Below, in pieces: positions 43,452-54,209 of a DNA stretch of 64,000 nucleotides. Made by a program: the position numbers and the translations under genes. Where the stretch lies: contig CAWCKY010000001.1 of assembly GCA_963796275.1 (NCBI GenBank), forward strand, positions 1 through 64,000, in the 5' to 3' direction. Positions within the stretch are counted from its first letter, which is position 1; each line of letters begins with the position of its first letter. The notes under the pieces were generated by a model, which did not search any database, was not told the DNA's origin, and was given only the letters and a program-made list of their open reading frames with translations. Source of the stretch: an uncultured Acidobacteriota bacterium (GTDB lineage: Bacteria; Acidobacteriota; Blastocatellia; RBC074).

Positions 43452-43751
43452 TCACGGTTGGGCTTTGCACGGGCCCGTGTTTGAAATCTGCCGCGTTAGC
43501 GTCACTGATCCGTCCTCGCATATGTAGGTGCATAGCCGTTCGCAACAAACCGCCGGATTCCGTTGGTTGGTACACGCCTCCTGTAGCGTGCATCCTTGCG
43601 CGGCAGGTTCGCACGGCGGGGCGTTATGGGGGTTTCCCACAAAGTTAGTTGTCGGCAATGTTACCTCGCGGCCCGTAACTCCGCCATATGGCGTGATTGA
43701 TGCCGTTATGACGAGAAGTAGCAATACTATTGTTAGTCTATACTTTTTCAT
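43452..43751 (-). CDS. small secreted cysteine-rich protein (8 Cys)
   Basis: Signal peptide MKKYRLTIVLLLLVITA; GGAGG RBS; 8 Cys in the mature region. Confidence 0.7.
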   Translation of the reverse strand: MKKYRLTIVLLLLVITASITPYGGVTGREVTLPTTNFVGNPHNAPPCEPAAQGCTLQEACTNQRNPAVCCERLCTYICEDGSVTLTRQISNTGPCKAQP

Positions 43752-43768
43752 TTCAGTCCTCCGTGACT

Positions 43769-44497
43769 TTATATTAACGAAGAATAAATGGCCCTTAATT
43801 GACCAAATAGTCTCATAGTTTTCCTCACCTCGTAATACACACCAAACTCAAAAAAGCTTCGCTCCGTTGAAAGTTTTTTTCTCAACCCTGTCAATTCCCC
43901 CCGCAGCCTCCGCTTCGCGCGCACCAACAGCGACCCGACGGCCTTGACCGAAAGGCCCAGTTCCGCCGCCGTTTCGGCGTAACTGCACTCTTCCTCATAG
44001 CACAGGGTCAAAGCCAATCGCTGATTGGGCGGCAGTTTGGCCATGGCTGCGGCCATGACAGTTCGCTGCTCTTCGTGCGCAAGCTCTCCCTCCAGATCGT
44101 CAATTGCGCGCGCATCTTTTAACAGTTCGATGAACGTACGATTCCTGTTTCTCCTGACAGCATTGCGGCAGAGATTGGTGAGAATCGAGAAGAACCAGGT
44201 TTTAAAAGAGGCGGTCTCAGGATTGTACAGGTAAGCGCGCCGGTGGACTTGCAGGAAAGCTTCTTGGACCAGGTCTTCGGCCTCAGCATGTTGCCCGATA
44301 CATCGCTGCGCCACTCGCAACGCCTGCTTCTGGTAGAGATCGACCAGCGTTTCGAAAGCCCTTGCGTCGCCATGGCTCACGCGCAGAATCAGGCCTTTAT
44401 CAGTGACCGTCGTGGCGTTGGCCTCACTCTCTATATTGTGTTTACGGGGCACACACACTCCTAAATCCCGCTCGCCAATCCCGTCCCGTGATAACAC
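43769..44497 (-). CDS. ECF sigma-70 family RNA polymerase sigma factor
   Basis: GDARAFETL, AEDLVQEAFL, FKTWFFSILTNLC, LPPNQRLAL..SYAETAAELG; start uncertain. Confidence 0.9.
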   Translation of the reverse strand: MLSRDGIGERDLGVCVPRKHNIESEANATTVTDKGLILRVSHGDARAFETLVDLYQKQALRVAQRCIGQHAEAEDLVQEAFLQVHRRAYLYNPETASFKTWFFSILTNLCRNAVRRNRNRTFIELLKDARAIDDLEGELAHEEQRTVMAAAMAKLPPNQRLALTLCYEEECSYAETAAELGLSVKAVGSLLVRAKRRLRGELTGLRKKLSTERSFFEFGVYYEVRKTMRLFGQLRAIYSSLI

Positions 44498-45049
44498 TTA
44501 CCCCGCGCCTTTATAGGTCGCCGCGAGAGAAAGTCGTAATAATAACTGCTTTGATTTAGTAATCGGCTGCATGAAGACTGATATGATCTATTGGCATGGC
44601 TGTCCGACTATATGATTCACGAGTTCCACATGGCGTATGGTTTTCGGAATAAATTCTCGTGGCTATCCTACCTTTAGCCATAACTCGGTTATGTTGCAAT
44701 AAAATTCTCTGTCTTACGTCTCTGTATAAGAGGTGTGTTTCTATGAATGTGCTAGATGATCTGAGGCTTTGAGATTGAGCCTTGGCAACTTCAATAAGTG
44801 ATTACGGGAAGCCCTGCCTCTGATGTCCGGCAAGGTTATAAATGGCTTGCGCCGTCGCCATCGCATGCCAAGTAGACCCCCATGGTAACGATGTTAACTT
44901 ATGCCATATAGTGCATAATCGCCCTTATCCCCTGCATATGGGCGAATTGCCGTTAGGACTTTTATTGGCGGGCCTTTTTCGTTAGTCTGCTTTACCCTAT
45001 CAAGTACTATGTGCACATATGGGCTCGGGCGACTCATTGCATGGGCCGG

Positions 45050-45282
45050 CCCACCGGGAGGAATTCCAAGAGTTCGTGATCTCCCAATCCGACAAAGCCT
45101 ATCGACCGATCCTGCACCGCCTCTATGTTATGTGGGAGAAGTACGCTAAGTATCTATTGGCTGAAGAGTCGATGATCCCGCCCTACATAATGCTGGCGTC
45201 TCCTTCCCTCCACAGCATTTCGGAGATTATTCTCCAATGAGCGGCTTCGGCGGACATTCGCAGATTCGTCTCCGTCCGACGC
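45050..45282 (+). pseudogene. fragment of the SprT-like gene (paralog of 59461..60291)
   Basis: HREEFQEFVISQSDKAYRPIL..PPYIMLASPSL. Confidence 0.85.
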
Positions 45283-45383
45283 GGTGGTAGCGGCGATCAG
45301 GACCTTGCCGTCGCGACAGCTGGCGCAGCTGCATTTTAATGATGTCACAATGGCCGGACACTGACCGACGATGAGGTGTAAGG

Positions 45384-45560
45384 ATGACTTGGAATCGAAA
45401 TCGACTGACTGAAAAACTCGGCATCCACTACCCGATCATTCAGGGGCCGCTCGGTGGATTGTCGTCGCAGAGATTGACGGCGGCAGTATCCAACTTTGGC
45501 GGATTGGGATATTTCGGAGCGCTTAGTCTGTCACCGGAAGAAATTAAGAAGGAACCGACA
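45384..45560 (+). pseudogene. nitronate monooxygenase N-terminal fragment
   Basis: LGIHYPIIQGPLGG..LTAAVSNFGGLG. Confidence 0.8.
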
Positions 45561-45635
45561 ATGTTCGTTAAATCAGATCAGAAGACTTCCTCCACCGCCA
45601 AGGACACGCACATATATCCACCGTATGTTTAACGG

Positions 45636-46601
45636 CTAACCCAGATCAGATAATGCCTGTTTTGCTCGATTATTGGCTGGATCATTATTGATTACACGTT
45701 TCAAAAGAGCTTTGGCTTTTACCTGTTGACCAGTTTCCTTAAGGAAGACACCAAACCGCAAGCTCAATTCTATATCATCGGGGTCGAGCTCAAAGCCTTG
45801 CTGGTATAGATCCTCAGCCTCTTTAGCTCTTTCTTGATATTCAAGAAAGAGCGCATAACACCAGTAACCAAGACTGTCATCTGGCCAAATTTCAAGTACT
45901 TTTTTGAAAGCCATTTCTGCTGATGATATATCCCCAATAGTCCATAAAGTATTGCCAAGATACACATAACTCCATCCATCTAAGTTATATAATTCAATAG
46001 CTTTATTTAAATGGTAGAGAGCTTCCGGAAGTTGTATTTGTCGGCGTAAGCACCATCCCAACTCACGATGTGCAACAGAGTAATCAGGGTCTAGCTCAAT
46101 TGCTTTCTCAAGCAGATTAATCGCCTCAGTAAGCTGTTCATTTCTACAAGTCAAGGCCAAATTGTAATATGCTTCCTCGTAATTAGGGTCCACACTCAAT
46201 GCTCTATTGAAATCATCTCTAGCGAGGTTTAAATCTCCTTGTCGTAAATGTGCCACACCTCTCAGAGTGAGGATTCTAGCACTCTCCTCAATTTTCAAAG
46301 CCTGGCTTAAATACTCTTTTGCAAGATCAAGTAGCTCACGTTCAAGATAAAACACTCCCAAACATTCATAAGGCATCCCCATTTGAGGCGCCGACTTAAT
46401 AGCCGACAGAAACAGCTGTTCTGCCTGTGAGTCATAACCCTCTTCAGCCGCAGTATGACCAAATTGACACAAAAACTCAGTGCTAGGATCTCGTCTCACT
46501 ATTTCGCGCCAGTGGTCAAGAGCACTACCTATGTTGCCAGATACTACTAGTTGCTCGGCTCTGGCCAGTAACTCATCAGTGGTGAAATGTTCATAGTTCA
46601 T
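45636..46601 (-). CDS. tetratricopeptide-repeat protein, putative Rhs immunity/partner
   Basis: Many TPRs (ALSVDPNYEEAYYNLAL, AIELDPDYSVAHRELG); ATGA overlap with the rhs stop; AT-richer DNA. Confidence 0.85.
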   Translation of the reverse strand: MNYEHFTTDELLARAEQLVVSGNIGSALDHWREIVRRDPSTEFLCQFGHTAAEEGYDSQAEQLFLSAIKSAPQMGMPYECLGVFYLERELLDLAKEYLSQALKIEESARILTLRGVAHLRQGDLNLARDDFNRALSVDPNYEEAYYNLALTCRNEQLTEAINLLEKAIELDPDYSVAHRELGWCLRRQIQLPEALYHLNKAIELYNLDGWSYVYLGNTLWTIGDISSAEMAFKKVLEIWPDDSLGYWCYALFLEYQERAKEAEDLYQQGFELDPDDIELSLRFGVFLKETGQQVKAKALLKRVINNDPANNRAKQALSDLG

Positions 46602-49600
46602 TGGTCGTCATCGGTATCCTTTTTAGATTTTATCTTCTTTAACTGTGTTTTTACATCTTGCTTACTCTTCTCGATTGAGTCAACCGGTCTGTTCCTTTTC
46701 CCTTCGCGATGAGCCTTTTGTGCATGTGAAACACCCTCTAACTGATCTAAGGCTCCTTCTAAGGTTCTTTCTTTCTTCGGTTTTGGCTGATTCGGCTGAT
46801 TACCGCCTTCTTTTGGCTGGGTGTTCTGTTGACCACTTTGGTCACCGCTTTGCTCGATATTGCTTCCTGCTTCATTAGGTTGATTAGTACCCTTATTAAA
46901 GATATTAATCTTTCTTATGTTTTCACCAGCATGATACTCTGGAGAGTAGCTTTTATTATTTTGTAGAACCCAACTTCCCCATTCAGCAACCTTATCTAGC
47001 GCTCCGCTGGCTGCCGCTCCTGCCGCTACCGATCCTGCTATAACGTAAGGAGTTGCTCGTCGAATTGCTTCTTGAGCTGCTGGATTATTAAGCACCCCTT
47101 GAACGATACATTGTGGACAATGCCCGTCCGGATCAGTATATCTCAAGGGGTTGTTGTAGGTATATTGATATTTATTGAGCGATTGGGGATTCGTTAAATC
47201 AGCATAGAAAGTCGGATTGGCTGCCGCATCACTCGCAAAAAAGTACAATTCATCCGGTCCGCCCGTAAATTCATCCGGCGAAGTAAACCTGCCCTGAACA
47301 CTTGAGAAATATCGTGCTTCAAAGAAATCCAGATCCGTCTCATCATCCCTCTTCTTACCGGTGAATTTATGACTCACCGAATTTTCGCTATAACCATTGC
47401 TTGTGCTCCTAATTCCGACGTCATTTCCGATCTGTTCACCGAAGGGTAAAAAGTCTTGTTTTAGTACTCCCCCCAAACTCCCTGATCGATCAACTAACAT
47501 CCTGGTAGAACCAAGATGGTCTAGCACTAGCCATTGTAACTTGCGGTCATCCGTCTCGCTCCCATCCCACTCTACCAGCAACTGCCCATTCCGATATCCA
47601 TACTCCTTCAATGGACTCCCAACAGCGCTATTGGCGTTATACTCCGCCACCAATTCGCCACCGACGCCATAGACATACCAGGTCTCCTGCCCTCCTGCAA
47701 ACCGCCTCGTTCGCTTCCTTCCGGCATCGTAGGCATACTGGCCCACCACCACTCCTCCATTTTTCGCCTCCACTATCCGGTTCTCCTGGTCATAGTCGAA
47801 AGCTTGGAGTGTCGCTTTAGTATAGCTGTCCGTAACAAGGTTTCCTGACGCGTCATATTCCATCGTTCCGCTTCCAGCCGGCGGCTGCAAGCGGTTGGTG
47901 GCGGTCTGCACCACATAAGCCTTTTTATTGACTGGGCCGGTAGTGTTAGCCTGGTCGATTGTGCGATTGCTCCATTGATCGTATAAAAACGCTTGCCGAA
48001 AGACGTCTTGGTAAATCTCATCGCCTGACGGCCCCTTCCTGAATGACCGCTCGTAGACGCTCTTAACACGATTGAGTGAATCGTATGTGTACTGGTCGAT
48101 CGACATCACGAAGTTGGTCGGCGCTTCGGTCTCGTCGACCTGGATGTGGAAGTCCATCCTCAGCAGATTACCGTTGTTGTCCGTCCCGCCGTTCCCATAT
48201 ACTTCGCCTCCATCTAATGTGGCGTAATAGAGCCGCAAGGCCCCACGGTTCCACGACCCGGTGGCGTATTGCCAGTCTTGCAGATCATCGCTGTCGTAGA
48301 GTGAATTCGGATCGGTTCCCAGCCTGATGTCGAACATCTGTAGCCGGTTGTTGTAATGGCGGCGCAGATAGAGCGGGATGGTCGTGCCGAACTGCTCCCG
48401 CTTAATCAAGCCTGCAGCGTCATATTGCATCCCGGTGGCGTAATTCCGATTGACCCCATCTCCCAGGTTGCCGCTGAAGCCCGAGAGCCGGCCTGACTGA
48501 TGGTAGTTGTAACTAACCGTATGACCCGATGGATAGGTCAGAGTCTTGACGTTACCGGGTATATCGTAAGTCTGCGATGTGGTAAAGAAGGCGCTCCAGA
48601 CACCATTCTTCTTGAATTGACGTTTGAGAACCGTAGGACGGCCAAGTATATCGTAACTGTCAATGACGGTGTAATCGGTGTCAGTTCCGGCCGTTGCATC
48701 ACCTTTGGAATATTCTTTCCAGATTCTGCCTTTGCCATAGCTTCCTGCGTTGGGATTATCGTAGCTGCGCTTGATGTCGGGGTTGAGAGTCGTGTCTGAG
48801 TAATCGACCGTTATGTTGCGATTGAGCACATCGTATTCGTACTTGGTAGTGATGTTGCGAGCGTCTTTCTTTTCTTTGAGATTTCCGTTTTCGTCGTACT
48901 TATAGGTGACCGTTCCGCTCTCCGGATTGATCGCCGAAGTTAAGCGCGACCGGGAATCGTAGGCAAAATTTCTCTCCTGCGTTCCTTGCTTCACCTTGAG
49001 CAGATTATTCAGTGCGTCATACTCGTAAGTCGTCACATGTCCCGCCCCACCTGGGTCTTCGATCACTTCGATCATTCTGCCCTGGGCATCGGTCTTGCTC
49101 TGGCGCTTCTTTCCTCCCTGGTCGGTGACTGTGACCTCATTACCGTCATATTGGGTATTGACCTGTGAGCCATCGGGAGTGGTTACTCTTGTCACTCTGC
49201 TCAGCGCATCGTAATCGGTCGTCGTCCATTCTGCCTCGGTTGGCGGATTGAAATAAAGTTGCTCTGTCCGGCGGAATGGATTCGACACTTTGTGCACTCT
49301 ACCCAATGCATCGTACTGGGTATAGACAATTGAGAATGTGCTGGTCTCATTTTCCCAAGAGGATGAACGATACATCCGCCCTAACCCATCATGAAAGGAC
49401 TGTTTCCACAACTGCCCGTCACTTAAGCCGTTCAAATCGTTGTATATATCAATGCGATTGAATTCGTCATAATACACAAGTGTCGTCACGCTTTTTGTGG
49501 AAGACGTGAAGCCGTGGTTGATGACCTGTGTCAAGCGGTCAAGCGGGTCACCATAACCCCAACTGACATCCAGGCCGTTCGGATCCGCCCGATCGACCGG

Positions 49601-51964
49601 CTTGCCCAGATAATAATCATACTTGGTGTGCGTTTCGTGTCCGAGCGCGTTGGTCACTTTGGTTGGGAATGCGTAGCTTTTCTGCTGACCTAGCTCGGTT
49701 GGCGGAATATTTGTATGTGCCCCGCCAGTGGGGGAACCGAATAGATCGCTGTAATCAAATGTGGTGATCCCCGCAGGTGTCCGCCCGTCGATCGTCTTCA
49801 CTACATTGCCTGCAGTATCATATTGAGAATAGGTTGAGATTTCAGTGGAAGGCAAGAGCCAGCGGCTAACCTTTGTTACATTACCGCGGATGGGATAAGC
49901 AGAAGTGTAGCCTGGGTACATTGCGCTAATGCCAGGAAGATCAACAAGCGGCGCATGGTTTGCGCCCGTGTATTTGTCGTATTCGTAGGTCGTGCGCGCC
50001 ACCTCGGTGCCGCTCTCATTAAACGTCTGCTGCTGCGTAGGCAAATTTCGCATGTGAACGTTGAGATTAGTCGCGTAATTGACGTCGCCCAGGTCCGGAT
50101 TGTTCGTAAGATAGTCTGTATGAGTGTGTCGCAATAATGGCCCAGGATCTTCTTCTGAGCCGAAGTCGTACTCATAAACGTCAGTTACATTATTGTACAG
50201 ATCGTAATTAAAAGTTTGCTTCGCGACCTTGTCCACGTCCATGAGCGTGATCGTCGTTTCTGTGATGCGTGGTCCGCTCGGCATATATGCGTCAACCCAG
50301 GTATTCTGAATCCGTCTCAATACTGCTGAGTTATCGGGATTGATCGTGTCAGTTTGGTACTCTTTGCCCTCGTTCCAGTATGAATCATATAGTGGGATTT
50401 GTGTAAGTAATTGGGCGATCGGGTTGTGATGAAAAAAATGCTGGCTTTTAGACAGCGCTTGTCCAGAGGTGCCTCCTTCATGCATTGTCACTACAATACT
50501 AGAGGTTTGAGGAATACCACCACTCGGAATATGCCCCCGAAAAGGGTCATTGCCGTAAGCAACCTTGGAATATGTAGTCGTATTCGCGAGTGTAGCTCCA
50601 TCGGGATAAACCCGACGCTGAACCAATCTGCGATGAATCTCAATCTGGGGAGGTAAGTAATTAAATCCTGAGCGAAACATCCGATAACTTCCTACCACGC
50701 CACTCGTTGTACCGTTCAGCTCACCACCTTCATAATCGTATTCAATCGCCCCACCCGTTGGGAGAGTAACACGCGCCAGCTCTCTGTATGGATTATATCG
50801 GAATTGGTAGCTGCGCCCATTCGGTAGCTGCACAGAGCTAACTAAATCCTCCGGGAAAGCGGATGGAGGAGGTATAGAATCCATTTCCGGGAACAATTGG
50901 CTTGGAGATAGAAGCGAATATCCACTACGCAGCACGCTGCCAAGATTAGCGTAGAATATCTTGATAGTTCGGGAAGTCCCCCCAAAGCCTTTAAATCTAA
51001 TCTGATTCAATCGCCAATAAGGGTATACGCTGTTGCTGCTGAAATCGAAAAAGACTTCACGATTGAGCGAGTCCGCAATCTTGTAGGGCGGAGTAAAAGG
51101 ACCGGTATAGTAGAAGTTGATCATGTTGCCGTTGGGATCGCGTATCCACTGCGGACTCCCCAGGTAGATGCGGTAGCAAGTTCCGTCACGCAGAAACAGA
51201 TATCCAGATGGACGGAAATTATCAGCAAGGGGGGTTGGACCGTCAATTGGTCCAAGAACATCTGAAATACCTATGTCAGAGATAAAAGTTGCTGCGGTTC
51301 CATCCTTTGTGCTGAAGACATTTCCACGATTGCCAGTTTCGCCAGTAAAGCAAGTGTACGTGATGGGCGAGCCACCCCTCAGCTGATCACGCATCTCGTA
51401 CTGAGTGCCGTCCGGAGCGATAAAAGTGATTGTGGTTCTTGTCTGCCTATAATAGATGGTTTGATTATCTGGATCACCACACTCTGTAGTGTCAACCCCC
51501 ATATGCTTCCCAATCATTAGGCCGCCGGGGGCAGGCGGTGGAATAGGTTCAGCATTCTCACGCACCCATCTGGGGGCAGCTTGGTAATAAAAAGATGTAA
51601 GTCCGTTAACATCTGGACCGGTTTTATTGCGAAGTACCATCCAGCCTGGGCCATCAATCTCGAGTGGGATTGTCAACCGCCTGCTTCCTCGACCACCTAT
51701 TTCTAGTAGTGGTATGCTGACACTCAACCGCCCACTGTAAATATCGATACTTTCCAGGTCGCTCAGCGAGTACGCCCCAGCAGGACTACCAGGTTCCATA
51801 GCTCGTGGCGAATTAAAATCTACCGTTGAGGTGGTTTGAGCGCCAACCGTCCCAGCCAAAGACATAACCAACAACAGCATTTGGAATAACGATATAGTGC
51901 TGACAATATTGAAGCATGGGCCAGTGAATGGACGGAGAATGGCACGTACGCAGGGAGAGAACAT
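46598..51964 (-). CDS. RHS/YD-repeat polymorphic toxin-like protein
   Basis: YD repeats; FTGKKRDDETDLDFFEARY; LNKYQYTYNNPLRYTDPDG core end; signal-peptide-like N-terminus (MLLLVMSLAGTVGA-QT). Confidence 0.93.
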   Translation of the reverse strand: MFSPCVRAILRPFTGPCFNIVSTISLFQMLLLVMSLAGTVGAQTTSTVDFNSPRAMEPGSPAGAYSLSDLESIDIYSGRLSVSIPLLEIGGRGSRRLTIPLEIDGPGWMVLRNKTGPDVNGLTSFYYQAAPRWVRENAEPIPPPAPGGLMIGKHMGVDTTECGDPDNQTIYYRQTRTTITFIAPDGTQYEMRDQLRGGSPITYTCFTGETGNRGNVFSTKDGTAATFISDIGISDVLGPIDGPTPLADNFRPSGYLFLRDGTCYRIYLGSPQWIRDPNGNMINFYYTGPFTPPYKIADSLNREVFFDFSSNSVYPYWRLNQIRFKGFGGTSRTIKIFYANLGSVLRSGYSLLSPSQLFPEMDSIPPPSAFPEDLVSSVQLPNGRSYQFRYNPYRELARVTLPTGGAIEYDYEGGELNGTTSGVVGSYRMFRSGFNYLPPQIEIHRRLVQRRVYPDGATLANTTTYSKVAYGNDPFRGHIPSGGIPQTSSIVVTMHEGGTSGQALSKSQHFFHHNPIAQLLTQIPLYDSYWNEGKEYQTDTINPDNSAVLRRIQNTWVDAYMPSGPRITETTITLMDVDKVAKQTFNYDLYNNVTDVYEYDFGSEEDPGPLLRHTHTDYLTNNPDLGDVNYATNLNVHMRNLPTQQQTFNESGTEVARTTYEYDKYTGANHAPLVDLPGISAMYPGYTSAYPIRGNVTKVSRWLLPSTEISTYSQYDTAGNVVKTIDGRTPAGITTFDYSDLFGSPTGGAHTNIPPTELGQQKSYAFPTKVTNALGHETHTKYDYYLGKPVDRADPNGLDVSWGYGDPLDRLTQVINHGFTSSTKSVTTLVYYDEFNRIDIYNDLNGLSDGQLWKQSFHDGLGRMYRSSSWENETSTFSIVYTQYDALGRVHKVSNPFRRTEQLYFNPPTEAEWTTTDYDALSRVTRVTTPDGSQVNTQYDGNEVTVTDQGGKKRQSKTDAQGRMIEVIEDPGGAGHVTTYEYDALNNLLKVKQGTQERNFAYDSRSRLTSAINPESGTVTYKYDENGNLKEKKDARNITTKYEYDVLNRNITVDYSDTTLNPDIKRSYDNPNAGSYGKGRIWKEYSKGDATAGTDTDYTVIDSYDILGRPTVLKRQFKKNGVWSAFFTTSQTYDIPGNVKTLTYPSGHTVSYNYHQSGRLSGFSGNLGDGVNRNYATGMQYDAAGLIKREQFGTTIPLYLRRHYNNRLQMFDIRLGTDPNSLYDSDDLQDWQYATGSWNRGALRLYYATLDGGEVYGNGGTDNNGNLLRMDFHIQVDETEAPTNFVMSIDQYTYDSLNRVKSVYERSFRKGPSGDEIYQDVFRQAFLYDQWSNRTIDQANTTGPVNKKAYVVQTATNRLQPPAGSGTMEYDASGNLVTDSYTKATLQAFDYDQENRIVEAKNGGVVVGQYAYDAGRKRTRRFAGGQETWYVYGVGGELVAEYNANSAVGSPLKEYGYRNGQLLVEWDGSETDDRKLQWLVLDHLGSTRMLVDRSGSLGGVLKQDFLPFGEQIGNDVGIRSTSNGYSENSVSHKFTGKKRDDETDLDFFEARYFSSVQGRFTSPDEFTGGPDELYFFASDAAANPTFYADLTNPQSLNKYQYTYNNPLRYTDPDGHCPQCIVQGVLNNPAAQEAIRRATPYVIAGSVAAGAAASGALDKVAEWGSWVLQNNKSYSPEYHAGENIRKINIFNKGTNQPNEAGSNIEQSGDQSGQQNTQPKEGGNQPNQPKPKKERTLEGALDQLEGVSHAQKAHREGKRNRPVDSIEKSKQDVKTQLKKIKSKKDTDDDQ

Positions 51965-52241
51965 ACGAATAGCTCCTTCGATGATGCCAAGATGCAGTCC
52001 AAGTGAGGATGCTACAACTATTCAATACCTACTCGACTGATGATGGCCGGATTGTCGTGAGATAGAACACGATCGCGCGCGAAATTCTCAGGCCAATTGC
52101 TTCCCCAGCTCTCAACCGGTCTGAGCGCTCTCCAGCCTGAAAGAGCAAAGAGCACTTTGCTTCTTCAGACTGGTTTTCTGATCTTTCATGTATATAGAGA
52201 CAGTTCGCCGGCAAATTTACCTTTGCCCGAAAATTATATTT

Positions 52242-52967
52242 TCAATGGCTCTGGAAGCTCCCCATTATCCTTGTAAGTTTGAGAACAAGCGTTTGTTTGC
52301 ATTTGTAGATGATCTTGATCTCGGTCCTGAAGGTGGCTGCTATCTCTTTAGCATCCAGCTCATATACAAACCAGAGTTGGTAAAGCATCCGCTCTTGCAG
52401 GTTCAACTTACTGAGTGTGTTGAACAGCAGTTTTCGCCTTTCTGCGGTTTCAATACCTTGATCTTGCGGCGGTGAATAGGTCAATGATCCCTGGTCTAAT
52501 TCATCTAGGGATTCGAGCTGTTTCTGCCGGCAGAGATATTTGTAAATGTAGTGATTTACGACTGTTTGGAGCCAGGTCTTGAATGAAGATTGACCGCTGA
52601 ACGAACGGAACCGGCGGCAGTTATCCTCGATCAGCATAAGGATAACTTGTTGTGAGAGATCGTCGAGTTCATCATGGCAAATGCGGCCTTGAAAGCGTAG
52701 ATAGGCCCAGCGTACAGCGTCATTAACATTAGGCAGAAGGATTGCTACAAGCTGCTCCAGGTCAATGGGAGCAGTCGGATTGAGGGTTGTCAAAGACACC
52801 GATCCCTCAAGTTCTATTTGAGGTTTGATCAATAAACTGCGGCTACATTTTGAACAGGAGAGAAGAGATTGGTCAGGATGTGATTCCGCTGATATGCCCT
52901 TTAACCTCTTTACATATGGATGTGCGAAACCATCGATCTGGCCGCAGGAATGACAATAATTGTGCAT
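52242..52967 (-). CDS. ECF-like sigma-70 factor with N-terminal CxxC..CxxC
   Basis: DDLSQQVILMLIED..FSGQSSFKTWLQTV; LNLQER..DAKEIAATF; CHSC and CSKC at the N-terminus. Confidence 0.8.
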   Translation of the reverse strand: MHNYCHSCGQIDGFAHPYVKRLKGISAESHPDQSLLSCSKCSRSLLIKPQIELEGSVSLTTLNPTAPIDLEQLVAILLPNVNDAVRWAYLRFQGRICHDELDDLSQQVILMLIEDNCRRFRSFSGQSSFKTWLQTVVNHYIYKYLCRQKQLESLDELDQGSLTYSPPQDQGIETAERRKLLFNTLSKLNLQERMLYQLWFVYELDAKEIAATFRTEIKIIYKCKQTLVLKLTRIMGSFQSH

Positions 52968-53486
52968 GGGGAGTGCTCCTTGGCTCAAATCTGATGTGAG
53001 GCTGGCAATCAGCTAACGCATCAGAAGGCTCTTCTATTATTGTAAGGATTGAGGATGTTGGTCTTCTTTATCCGTGAGTATATCCAAGAAATGGTAAGGG
53101 CTGACTATGAAGAAAAAGCCGCCCTCAGCTGATTCCACGGACACAAGTGAAGATCAACTGCTCAAGATGGGGTAGCCAGATGAGAAATACTATATATGCT
53201 GATTTCTTAGAAAGTCAAAAGAAAAATCCGCACTTGCAAGCAGGCTGATGAAATCGATCCGGTTGAATGAGGTAAAACACGATCCGAAGCGCAACTAAGC
53301 GGAGGCGCAGAGGAGGCAGATGTAGCGCACAGGGTAACTGAGGCACGAGTTACAACCTGTGCTCACTCTGCCCTTTTCTGCGTCTTTCGATGAACGATAT
53401 CTCTTACATCGAACAATCAATGCAAACGGGTGACTTCATCACACTTTAATTTGCTCATGTCTCAAGTAAGGGGAAAGAAATGTATG

Positions 53487-53503
53487 AGCAAGAAGTGTGC
53501 CGC
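53487..53503 (-). promoter_or_regulatory. candidate sigma-54 (-24/-12) promoter
   Basis: Minus strand CGGCACACTTCTTGCT (GG-N10-GC), facing the sigma and rhs genes. Confidence 0.5.
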
Positions 53504-54002
53504 TCGAAAGTAGCTTGAATGAAGAGAGTGAATCATCCGATCTGCGGATAATTACCAGGTCGGCGAGTAAAAATATGCATAAATGGCTAGCAGTGCGGAA
53601 AATTACTCACCGAGGGCATTGATGAAGCAACGGTTATAAGATTACAGCTTTGGGGATACCTTCATCTTCATCTCGTGCCTGGACATAGCCAAAATCAGAC
53701 TTAGTACCGCACGCTGAAAGTAGATAGTTGGAGTGGTATAAGAAGGTATTTTGTATGAGTCCGATAACACATCTTATGTAACCAGAGTAAAAAGATTAGA
53801 CGGTTACTATAAGGCAGATTAGCTCTTGCCGTAATTGATATATCCTTCATGGCCGACCGACCCATGACATCGTTTGGTGATCCATAGACCACCATGGACA
53901 AACAATAATTCTGAAAGAACCCCATTAAACCAATCACTTATTATTGGAGTCAGTATCTACAAACGAGCCTCAGCGTTGTTGCCAGGAGGGCTTTATGCAA
54001 AG

Positions 54003-54073
54003 ACATAAGCTCAATCTGATATTGCTATCCTTGCTGCTTCGCTGGGTGTTTGATATCACAATTTATGTTATGC
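54003..54073 (+). other. degenerate attC-like site
   Basis: ACATAAG...TGATAT...ATATCA...GTTATGC imperfect palindrome. Confidence 0.35.
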
Positions 54074-54209
54074 AACAAAAACAGTTCACAGACTCGGCAT
54101 TGAGATTTCTGTTGGCTCAGCCTGCATAACAACCGAATCCAGGCATTAATGAGGTTGGTGGCTGTATAAGACCAAGATTTCCATGCGACGTATTCTGCAA
54201 TCAGAAGAG

